Below the pieces are notes generated by a model that worked only from the letters and a program-made list of their open reading frames with translations, was not told where the DNA came from and did no database searches. A program made the position numbers and the translations under genes. From Dudresnaya verticillata (Eukaryota): DNA of 64,000 nt. The DNA lies in contig OZ374561.1 of the NCBI GenBank assembly GCA_977862235.1, positions 744,001 to 808,000 on the forward strand. Reading direction: 5' to 3'. Positions 54,696-64,000 of this stretch are shown in pieces (position 1 is the first letter of the stretch; the number at the start of each line of letters is the position of its first letter).

Positions 54696-57542
54696 ATGCC
54701 TCTTGATGCAGAGCTCTTCCCACACCCGCACCCAACCAGAGTCACTGCAGCACCACTAACGACCGCAGCCGGCCTCCAATGGCATCTTTCAACCACCGCC
54801 GACTCTAAAACCGGCGAGACCGCACAACGTCTTGCCACAGTACCAGGCACCTATTTCACTGACATTGCACTCCCTGACCCGGCCATTGGGGCTAACTCCA
54901 CAGATCCCATCTACATGCGCCATGAGCAGGCCGATGTGAGCTACCAAACTACTTTCAACCTTCCCGACAACCTCCCAGCCCCTCCGCTTCTGATCTTTGA
55001 ATCGCTCCAGTCCAACGCGTCAGTATTCCTCAATGGCGCCGCCCTCCTCACATCCGAAAACGCTTTTCACCCACACGCAAAGGTTCTTCCAACGGACTTG
55101 CTCCACCCGACAAATACCCTACGTGTGCACTTCCCGTCTATCCGCTCCCAACTTTTACTTCGCGTAGAGTCACATACCTACCGCGAGTGGAATGACCCCG
55201 TCGGTGGCGTCTCCTCGCTGCGCCTCCCGCAGTACCTCGCAGGCTGGGACTGGGGCCCTCGCCAGCTTTGCTGTGGAATTGTCCGCCCGCTCAATATCCT
55301 CCATGCCCCCGTCGCCGCCGTTTGTGATGTTGCGTGTGTGCAGCGCATCCGTCTTGCACCTCCTGTTGAAGTAACGCTTTTGATAGCCGCAGATGTCGCC
55401 CTACGGGACTCTTCCAGTCTCGCTAGTACGGTCACAGTTCGATGTTCTCTGAGACTTCGCGACGGTTCTGCTGACACAGAGCAGTCAATCACCTTAGTCT
55501 CCTTATCGGAAGGGCAGGCACCACAAGAGCTGAGTTCTTGTTTTGCGAATTGTCGACTGCGCAACATTTTTGCCGAGGCTGGTGATGAAAGTGCGAGCAC
55601 CCATCGTTTCGTGGGCATGCTTCATGTCGCACAGCCCAGGCTATGGTGGCCAAACGGGATGGGCGACCAATCCCTGTATACACTGGATGTTGCGGTTCTG
55701 AACAAAACTGAAGGCGAAGAGCTTGTTATCATCGACGAATGCACACAGAACCTTGGACTGCGTCAGCTAGAATTGATACAGGAACTCACCCCACGTCTTA
55801 AAATGAATAGCGTGACGGGAGAGGAAGGAGACGGCGGTGAGGGAGAGACAGTAACGATGGAGAAAATGTCGTTTGTTTTTGCGGTAAACGGCCGACGCTT
55901 CTTCTCAAAAGGGGCGAACTTCATCCCCGTGCGAATGGATTACACTCATGCCAAGAGTAAGGAGTATGAGCAGACGGTGCTTTCGGCCAGAGACGCGAAC
56001 ATGAACATGTTGCGGGTTTGGGGAGGCGGGATTTACGAGAGTGAGGCGTTTTACGATGCGTGTGACCGGTATGGCATTTTGGTTTGGCATGACTTCATGT
56101 TCTCGTGCTCGTTGTATCCAGGCGACGAAAAGTTCCTGGAATCCTGTCGCAAAGAAGCGCAGTATCAGGTTGCTCGCTTACGGAATCGCGCTTGTATGGC
56201 ACTATGGTGCGGAAATAATGAGCTTGAGCAGGTACCACATGACATTCTAGAAACAGAGGAGAGGAAGATTGCTTACGATTCCCTCTTCTACGAAGTTCTT
56301 CCCAAGGTCTTAGAGGAAGATCCTTGCCAACTCCAATATTGGCCATCTAGTCCCCACAACCCTGTCGGTTACGAGAAGGGTTTTAACAACCCTAATGCGG
56401 GAGATACACATTTCTGGGATGTCTGGCATGCTCGCAAACCAGTATCTGCCTACATGAAACACAGCTCACGGTTTTGTAGCGAGTTCGGGATGCAATCATA
56501 TCTATCAGACGCAGGTGCGCGAGCATTTGCCGGACGCCAGCCAGGAACATTGAATCCATTTAGTCCGACCATGGAAGCGCATCAAAAGAATGCTAGTGGA
56601 AACCTCATCATTCAGGAATATTGCCAGCGCTTGTTCCGCGCACCCCGGAACTACTCAGCTATGGCATACCAGTCACAGCTGAATCAGATGGTCTGTATGC
56701 GGATGGGTGTTGAACATTTTCGGAGAAGCTGGCCATACTGCGCGGGCGCGTTATACTGGCAGCTCAATGACTGTTGGCCATGCTTCTCGTGGAGCAGCTT
56801 GGAGTATGGTGGTAATTGGAAGGCCCTCCACCACGGTGCCAAAAAGTTTTTCGCTCCTCTAGTGCTGAGTCTAGTTCATCACGGAGAAGAATCAGTTGGA
56901 CTGTGTAACCTGACTTCATTCGACGAAGAAACCGGAAGATTTTCTATTTTTGCAACCTTTGATGGACTGCAAGATGAGCTCTCCGTGGAGCTGATATGGA
57001 AGTTTGTTGACGTGACAAGTGGAGAAGAGACCAGCACTGGAAAGGAAATGTTTCAGCTTCAGCAGGATACCTCACAGAAGCTGACCTGTGTCGATGCTCG
57101 CCTCCCAGAAACCGGCAAATGCGACCCACGACGCGTTGTTCTTCGGGCTAATCTCAGGAGCTGTTGCGGCCGGTACCAGTCAGCAGCAACAGGCTGGTTG
57201 TGTTCACCGCGTCTTTGCAATCTGCCACCTCCTGATCTTCGATGTGATGTTGTGAAGTATGAACAGAAGGAAGGCTTGGTGAACGCTGATATTCAGATTC
57301 AGTCGTCTACTTTTGCACCCTTTGTCGAGTTATACCTGGATCCCATGCCTGTTTCTCGCGGCAAAGATGACGTAGTTGATGTGTACAAGCCACCAACCAG
57401 TATCTTGTTCTCGCAAAACTATTTTGACGTATTCCCAAAGGAACCGCTGCTCGTACGGCTGAGAATACATGAAGTTCTCACACAGCATGTGCTGTCACAG
57501 CGATTGAAGTGCCGGACTTTGGTTGATTCATACATGGGATAA
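54696..57542 (+). CDS. Beta-mannosidase, glycoside hydrolase family 2
   Basis: Motifs GWDWGP, LWWPNG, KGANFIP, NMLRVWGGGIYE, WHDFMF, WCGNNE (acid/base), SEFG (nucleophile), YWQLND. Confidence 0.94.
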   Translation: MPLDAELFPHPHPTRVTAAPLTTAAGLQWHLSTTADSKTGETAQRLATVPGTYFTDIALPDPAIGANSTDPIYMRHEQADVSYQTTFNLPDNLPAPPLLIFESLQSNASVFLNGAALLTSENAFHPHAKVLPTDLLHPTNTLRVHFPSIRSQLLLRVESHTYREWNDPVGGVSSLRLPQYLAGWDWGPRQLCCGIVRPLNILHAPVAAVCDVACVQRIRLAPPVEVTLLIAADVALRDSSSLASTVTVRCSLRLRDGSADTEQSITLVSLSEGQAPQELSSCFANCRLRNIFAEAGDESASTHRFVGMLHVAQPRLWWPNGMGDQSLYTLDVAVLNKTEGEELVIIDECTQNLGLRQLELIQELTPRLKMNSVTGEEGDGGEGETVTMEKMSFVFAVNGRRFFSKGANFIPVRMDYTHAKSKEYEQTVLSARDANMNMLRVWGGGIYESEAFYDACDRYGILVWHDFMFSCSLYPGDEKFLESCRKEAQYQVARLRNRACMALWCGNNELEQVPHDILETEERKIAYDSLFYEVLPKVLEEDPCQLQYWPSSPHNPVGYEKGFNNPNAGDTHFWDVWHARKPVSAYMKHSSRFCSEFGMQSYLSDAGARAFAGRQPGTLNPFSPTMEAHQKNASGNLIIQEYCQRLFRAPRNYSAMAYQSQLNQMVCMRMGVEHFRRSWPYCAGALYWQLNDCWPCFSWSSLEYGGNWKALHHGAKKFFAPLVLSLVHHGEESVGLCNLTSFDEETGRFSIFATFDGLQDELSVELIWKFVDVTSGEETSTGKEMFQLQQDTSQKLTCVDARLPETGKCDPRRVVLRANLRSCCGRYQSAATGWLCSPRLCNLPPPDLRCDVVKYEQKEGLVNADIQIQSSTFAPFVELYLDPMPVSRGKDDVVDVYKPPTSILFSQNYFDVFPKEPLLVRLRIHEVLTQHVLSQRLKCRTLVDSYMG

Positions 57543-58136
57543 GGAAGAATCGAAAGCAGCGCGACTCCCACTTGCTCTATAGAGTGTTGAGTTGTTATAA
57601 CCGAATGGCAAATAGACAGCAGGGCCCTCTCTGGCGTCTCCATCCTTCGAAATGGGCGTTGGAGGCAAAATAGCCTTGGAGAATTGTGCACAGCCCATTG
57701 CTTCAAATAGCGAACCTTGGCACTTCAATTAGCGTGCCTCGAATGCAAGGGCTCGCTCTTGGCAAACGACAAATGGAATGAGCAATTTTGAGGCACTTCT
57801 GCTAGGCATCCAATTCTTTTCCAGGCGGGCACTGTGACGCTGAAAACCCCAGCATTAACTTCCCCGAAACTGAATTCTACTCCGAATGCACTCCCTGCTG
57901 CCGCCATCCAGATGGCAGAACGAGTCCACTGGAACTCGCTTCGCAATTTTTCATCAGGTGTGCACAAAACATACCGCTGCCACAAACTAAGTACACTTAC
58001 TAGACAGCCTGCTGCTGTCATATGCATAGACGGTTGGCCTGTCGCTATCAGTTTCACCCAGACTCGCCTGGAGCCTCACTACGGATGGGAAGTCATGTCT
58101 TGATTCGTCATGTCCAGTCTGCCGTCACAATGTGAA

Positions 58137-59292
58137 CTAACACCTCTTTCTCACAGGACCGAGGTTCTGTGGCCTAGCCGGAATCCAGTCGAAAGATTCG
58201 GCCGTGGTGACGATGCGACCGAGGCCAGGGAAGTCCTCGTGAAATGCAAGCACAATGTCCTTGCTCTCAGCAAGCGATTCCATCAGCCGCACACGGGACT
58301 TGAAACCCTCAAGACCGTCAGTCTCCACCGGGCGCACCCACTCTGGGTTGCGAATCTGATCAGGCTATCGAACATTCGTGGCGCAGGAAGAGTTCGGCGG
58401 GTTTCGCAGTCAGTTGGGTGCTCACTGCGGCCTAGTGTTTCTGAACAAGAGTGTAAAAGCGCATAGTATCAACGAACCTGAGAAAACCAGGCATCACCGA
58501 CAAAAACAATTCGCTCGCCCTTCGACTTGAGCTCAACTGCAGAGTGCCCCGGAGTATGGCCAGGATACGGAATGAACCGAATGCCCGCAAGAGGTCGGCC
58601 TTTCTTTCCTACTAGCTTGAGCTTCCCTGCACGCTCGTATGGTCCCACACTGCGCCGGTATATCTCGCTCACGCGATCTGCAAATGTGGCATGTCAGAGG
58701 CTTTTTGCTTCACGTGAAGATGATGAGTTGCCCTATCTAAAGAATTCAACTTACCCAACAGTGCAACTTCGGGCTTCGGGTTGACAAACGGCTCCGCAGT
58801 CCAGAACTCGTGCTCCAACTTGGAAACATAGACGCGAGCATTCTTGAAGGCACGCATTCCGTTTTTAGTGACAAGACCTGCAACATGATCCGGATGGCCA
58901 TGCGTGAGGAAGATGACGTCAATTGAATCCGGGGAGATACCGGCTGACCGTAAGTTGGCAATGAGCTGACCACCTTTGGCAAATGGCGGCAGGCCTGTAT
59001 TGAAAGACCCTGTGTCAACCATGATGCGACCGACTGGGGTGTCGAGTACGGGGATGTTTTGCTGCCAGATAATTGGGTCTGTCGCCCGATACAAACGGGC
59101 GTAGGAGCGGGTGACTGCCTCGTCTGCAACTGAGAAGAAGTTGGCTCCAACCATGACCGGGCCGTCAGAGGTAACAATTCCGGTAACGTTGCCGATGGCA
59201 ATGTTGTAGACATACGGGTTGAACTTGCACTGCTGCGTGGTAGCCGTAGAGACGAAGAAGCACGCAATGAGAAAAAGGAATGGAGCAATCAT
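58137..59292 (-). CDS. Secreted metallo-beta-lactamase-fold hydrolase (MPH/OPHC2/lactonase-like), 3 exons: 59292-58755, 58677-58478 and 58364-58137
   Basis: Signal peptide MIAPFLFLIACFFVSTATT. Motifs VDTG, THGHPDH, GHTPGH, VGDA, FHEDFPGLGRI. Two phase-compatible GT-AG introns join three ORF pieces. Confidence 0.88.
58365..58477 (-). other. Intron 2 (113 bp) of the MBL-fold gene
   Basis: CAG|GTTCGT donor, ctgac branch-like motif, GATAG acceptor. The join reads WFSQPDQIRNPEW. Confidence 0.75.
58678..58754 (-). other. Intron 1 (77 bp) of the MBL-fold gene
   Basis: GTAAGT donor, ctgac branch-like motif, TTGCAG acceptor. The join reads ALLDRVSEIY. Confidence 0.85.
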
Positions 59293-60925
59293 TGCGGGCG
59301 CGCGGAAGGGTGTACAATTTTTTGTCTAACGGAGACACGAGTTTGTGACAACGAGAATGATCTGTCCTCCTGAACTAGATCGCCGGAACCTAACGCTTGC
59401 TGCACAGCGAACTGTAGCAATTGAGTAACACTAAGAGGTAGAGTAAGGAGCAGGGCGGAGCACTCGACAACAGAGGGAACTGATGTCCTGCGCAGCGTGC
59501 ATCCCAGCAGTATGGCTACTGAAATAGGTGAGCATCCTGCGCGAGCTAGTGGGATTACAGTGTGAGTTTTGAAGTCGGCAATTTTGTCCAGGAATTGTGG
59601 TTGTGTTCTGTTCACTCGATGATTCAAAGAAGAGCCTGAGGCACTCCCCATTTGAACTGACTGTAGCCTCAAGCATGGACCTGGAGCTCGCTTCTCGTTG
59701 CCTTTATTGCCGCTGGCTGGTGCCGAGCAAACTGAGATTCAGAATCTTGTCACTTCGAGATCAACCTATTCCCAGTGCCAACGTAAGCCATGTTGTGCCT
59801 TCGTGCTGGGTGACAACGCATACATAGACACTGTACTACTGTAGCATGCTTCAGGATACAGTACAGTCATTCCTTGTTATGAGAATGCTTCGATAAAGGA
59901 ATATCCGCGGTAAAGGAATAAGTCTTTCGTCCACCGACCCGGTTCCGTTGAAATCAGCCAGTATATGAGGTCTTCAAGAATATGTGATATGGGAATACAG
60001 AATCCGAAAGTCATCCGCCGTGGCCCGCAAAACAGCTCACGTATGAGGGCCACATTCCTCGATAGTAAGAATATGACTTCGGGGCCTGATGTTGATGGTG
60101 GCATTGCGCCCTGCAGAGCACCCAGTAAACTTGTGAGGCAGAATTTGCCTTAGTAGATCCTGCGAGAACTATTGAAACACTGAGGAAGGCGCTAATGAGA
60201 ACAACGCATCGCTACAAAACATGTCAATTGGAGAGAAGCTGAATGTATCCCTGTTGCGAAATGGGCTACTTGATGACTCTGAAGGCATCCCCTCATCAGC
60301 CGATGTTATGTTAGCCGCGTTCAGTAGTCTCTGACGCGTCACAGAATTCAGAAGATGTCCCAGACGACGATAGAGCAATTCTTGAGCAAGTAAAGCAACT
60401 TAGTCGGTGTTTTGAAAGAGTGTTCCAACACTTCCTCGATATATTCCCCAATGCGATAAAGGAATATGAACCCGTCCACCGTAATTATTCTTATAACAAG
60501 GAATGTCTGTAGTACGAATGGGGCACCCCGACGCAATACGCCCTTCTTGTGTAGCTAGTGTAGGCCCCGCCTACGTCGCTCCTTGCAAACGACAGACCGC
60601 CCAAATACGAGAAAAAAACTTCCAGCACAGCAGCCACGGTACGTTGAAAACTACCACTGACGCTAGACCTTAGTTTAATCTTGCGCGTACGCTATTTCCC
60701 AGCACGCTTGACGCCTGGCATCCCGACTCAAAAGCACATGTTCCAAGCTTAATACTTCTCGTAAGAATCGTCGCATTAGTGAAAATATAGTATGCGTGAT
60801 AAACAGTACAACGCCTCGCTGGGCCATTCTCTTTGATGGAGAAAGGGCACTCTTGGCTGTCTACGACAGAAGAGGCCGTAGAATGACCGCTTCAAGAGCA
60901 GTGAGTATTAACCTCACTACCTGTG

Positions 60926-62323
60926 CTAGTCGTCATGTCTCTGAAAAAAGAAAGGCGTCCTCACTCGAAGAGTCCATCGACGCGTTCTTGGTTCCCTACC
61001 GCGCATGTTTTCTGCACCAAAGCGCATGCGCCCAAGGCGTGGTCGCTGCCTCGCCGGTTCTTGAGACCAACTCGCCAGAGTCGAATCTGACCGGCTCGAA
61101 AAGCTTCGCGGGCGCAATAGTAGGTTCGTCATGGCCTCTTCCCTCATGATCTGCTGCGCCTCTCGCATGAGCTCTTCATCTTGCTCCCCGCGAGCCTGGC
61201 GTGCCATGTGGCTAGACCCTTCAGTCAGCCTTGTTGCACCCAGTGCACTCGGCAGTATAGTTCGATATTGTCCTTGTGCTTCATGACGCCTTTTTCGATG
61301 GCCACCGCCCGGCCCGACATTCATACCAAGGTCAGCCGGTGCGGTTGATTCCATCTCGTAAGATCGTTTCGTATTGGGAGACGGAGTGGGTACCCTAGGC
61401 AACCGCACCGTATGGGCGAACGTTCTGGTATCACCAACACTGCGCGTCAGCAAGGAGCAGTTTATGGATGGGGAGTCCCAGAAGATTGAACCCTCCTCAT
61501 GCTCCAGGATACCAGCCGCAAACCAACTATGTTGGGGGATAGCACTGAGCGCCATGCGCGCAGATACACGATTTTCCAAAAGCGCAGAGATCAAGTGCCG
61601 CGCGTCCATCGGAATCCACAGCGGCAAGGTTAAAACCATCTTCTTAATACGTTCACGTAGCTGTCGATGCGAGCCCGTGACGTTGAACGGAAGTTCTCCC
61701 GAGAGCAGCAGTAACAGAGCTATTCCACATGTCCAAGCGTTCCCGCTGGCTGTGTACTTGCTCTCGTCTAATAACTCAGGTGCTCTATAAAACAAGGGTT
61801 GCGTCGAAAGCCTTCTGTACAAGTCCAGTTCAGAACCGTTATCACATGGGGGACTGATGTCCACCAGCACAAGCTTCTGCTCAAATGACTGCAACACATT
61901 TTCAAGGCGAAACATATGCGGGATGCCTCGTCGTTCCAGAAACAAGGCGATATTAACCAGTTGGTGGAACGCAGTTCTAGCCTTAGCAGTATCGTTCATT
62001 CGCCTTTTATACAATACGTCGATGACGGGTCTTCCTGAAACAAAAGAGGTGACTACATAGGCAAACTCGTCATCCTCAAGAATTTCTGTTAGTCGCACCA
62101 TGGAAGGGTGGTCATGAGACCTCAGCGCTGCAAGTTCGTTGTAAAACATATCACGAACAGCAGAACTTTCCTCCAAAACACCCTTGTTCACAGAGCGTAT
62201 AATATGCGTTGTCCGCCTTAGCTGATGCACGGCAAGTAAATATGTGGAAAGTCGAGCGTGCCCAAGTTCGCGAACCACGTGGTAGTTGCCGAGCGCCATA
62301 AGGCCTTCATGTAACGTCGCCAT
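60926..62323 (-). CDS. CAMK/SNF1-like pseudokinase with a basic disordered tail
   Basis: Kinase scaffold retained (HPSMVRL, LEN, YRAPE, WTCG, GELPF, HSWF). The Gly loop, VAIK, HRD and DFG motifs are all degenerate. Confidence 0.8.
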   Translation of the reverse strand: MATLHEGLMALGNYHVVRELGHARLSTYLLAVHQLRRTTHIIRSVNKGVLEESSAVRDMFYNELAALRSHDHPSMVRLTEILEDDEFAYVVTSFVSGRPVIDVLYKRRMNDTAKARTAFHQLVNIALFLERRGIPHMFRLENVLQSFEQKLVLVDISPPCDNGSELDLYRRLSTQPLFYRAPELLDESKYTASGNAWTCGIALLLLLSGELPFNVTGSHRQLRERIKKMVLTLPLWIPMDARHLISALLENRVSARMALSAIPQHSWFAAGILEHEEGSIFWDSPSINCSLLTRSVGDTRTFAHTVRLPRVPTPSPNTKRSYEMESTAPADLGMNVGPGGGHRKRRHEAQGQYRTILPSALGATRLTEGSSHMARQARGEQDEELMREAQQIMREEAMTNLLLRPRSFSSRSDSTLASWSQEPARQRPRLGRMRFGAENMRGREPRTRRWTLRVRTPFFFQRHDD

Positions 62324-64000
62324 GTTGAGAAACTTGTCAAGGGTGAAGAAACCTCTTCACTAGACCAACAGCCTATAGTGCTGGCAACAGCCAGGGGTGA
62401 TCCAAAAATCGAGGATGCGCTCCAGTCGTGCTCACACAGTTTGTCAGCGGCGAACTGAGTGAAGTCAAGGGGCTAAAGACCGCAAAGGCCAAGGCTCACA
62501 CGCATGCATTCAGGACGCAGGGAGTTGGGAGGAAAGGAAATGTACAGAGGAAGGGCGGGTCCAAATCGAATGTAAGTTTCCATCGTTGCAGGACATGCGA
62601 CTTATGACCGATGAATGTACCAAGCCATGCCCAGTAACGATAAGCGCTGACAAGATTCCCGTTGCACTAGCCCACGAACACAATCCGCAAACACTTGCCG
62701 AGTGTCCCTGTTGCTCGGAAAGGTCAGTTTCTTGGTGCCAAGACTCGGAACCAGGGACATCCAGATAATACTATACGGCTCGACGCACAGACAGAAATGT
62801 AGGAGCACAATATCGAACGAGACGGCCACAGCTGTACTGAATGCAGTAACGGGCTGCTGGATGTGTCAAGGAAGAAGCAATTACTAGCGCCGCTCCTGCC
62901 CCGCCCCACCGGCATCATGCTACCATACATACGGAGGCTTCGCCGTGCCAGGTTGATACTAGTTCACGGCGCGACTTCGGCTATATCAGCGCTATAGCCA
63001 AACCGGCTAGATGGCGCGGCGGCGTTTCGATCTAGCAAGAGTTAGTAGCATGCCGCGGGGGGCTTGTCTCGAAGACAATCGTGAAGCATTTGGTCCTCGA
63101 ATGTTAGGATATAGTGCTCGGCGCTGGGTCTTCTGATGATGGTTCTTTCAGGCGCGGATAGGCATTTGACTAGGCGGCATTGATCTCAGCCATGCTTTTC
63201 CACACTGACATACAGATGAAGCAGAACCAAAGCGCCGCCACTTGCTGAACACTTGGGGTAAGTGCGACAGTATTGCTCATGGCTGTTTCATCGTGCGCCT
63301 GACAACTGGCGAAACGGCTACACGGGCTCCGCCCGCAATCGCAATTGCAATCGCATATTTGGCGAAGACTCAGTTCCGCCTGAAGGAAAGGAAGTGGCGG
63401 CAATGGCTGCCATAGCTCTCCCGTGCTTGGCGTGAAGCCCGTCAAATTCCGTACTTGCACCCTTGAGCACCCTTCAACATCGAAGTACTGCAAATTGTTT
63501 GATCCTTTGATCCTTGGATCCATTCCAGCCGAATCAATCGCACCCACACACAGTGTGTTGTCGTTGCGGCTGATTTCTGAAACAATTTCGATGACGGATC
63601 AATTCTTACAGTACTGATGGCGGGATCACGGCGGCATTACAGCGACAGGGTCAACTTTGCTGCGCTCAAGTTGAAGTTGCCCGCAAAAAGCAAGCTGGGG
63701 AGCGAAGAGGTACCTGGCGAAGGACCCGGAGGGAACGAACATGATTCCCATCATTCTGTGCGTTTCATGACCATTTCGTTCAGCCTCCGTTTTTGTTTGT
63801 TACAAACTCTCGAGGGAGACCTTGAGCCCGGGAGTCTTAACTTACTTTATGGTGGTCCATGACGAACACACTACATCTTCCACCGATCTTAGTCCCGGTA
63901 TACCTCTACGCCTAATATTCAGGCGGGATGTTGACATGGCGTTGAACACCATTCTCCTACAGACTCGTGCCGAAAGGAATCCCAGCCATATTCGCAGTCA

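Noticed and set aside
59830..60560. Possible pseudogene fragments (also 62600-64000, including ORF 63170-63547)
   Set aside because: Frequent stops and no recognisable domain, so a call cannot be supported.

Overview
Eukaryotic nuclear DNA that is gene-dense and intron-poor. I can assemble five short GT-AG introns (four well supported, one tentative). Red alga, probably florideophyte, is an inference from the M-x(1-3)-F plastid transit peptides on ClpP, the NOL-like SDR and PCD, and from the compact, mostly intronless gene structure. About 27 protein-coding genes are supportable. Conserved genes: QTRT2-like, protein O-mannosyltransferase, alanine aminotransferase, Rubisco-LSMT-type SET protein, ClpP, FMO, AGC kinase, two SDRs, CONSTANS-like B-box/CCT protein, Air1/2-like zinc knuckle, C2H2 transcription factor, PEX3, PCD, UTP13/TBL3, GH2 beta-mannosidase. 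Stretches at about 23.9-27.1 kb, 28.3-34.9 kb, 59.3-60.9 kb and 62.4-64 kb are poorly coding and hold decayed fragments. No rRNA, tRNA, CRISPR array or intact transposon was recognised. The most unusual part is 50.6-62.3 kb. It holds a HET (TIR-like) domain gene, with a 93-aa protein built from 9-residue Asn-terminated repeats directly downstream on the same strand. It also holds a bacterial-type beta-mannosidase, a secreted bacterial-type metallo-beta-lactamase-fold hydrolase with introns, and a pseudokinase. All family assignments come from motif recognition by eye, not from database searches.
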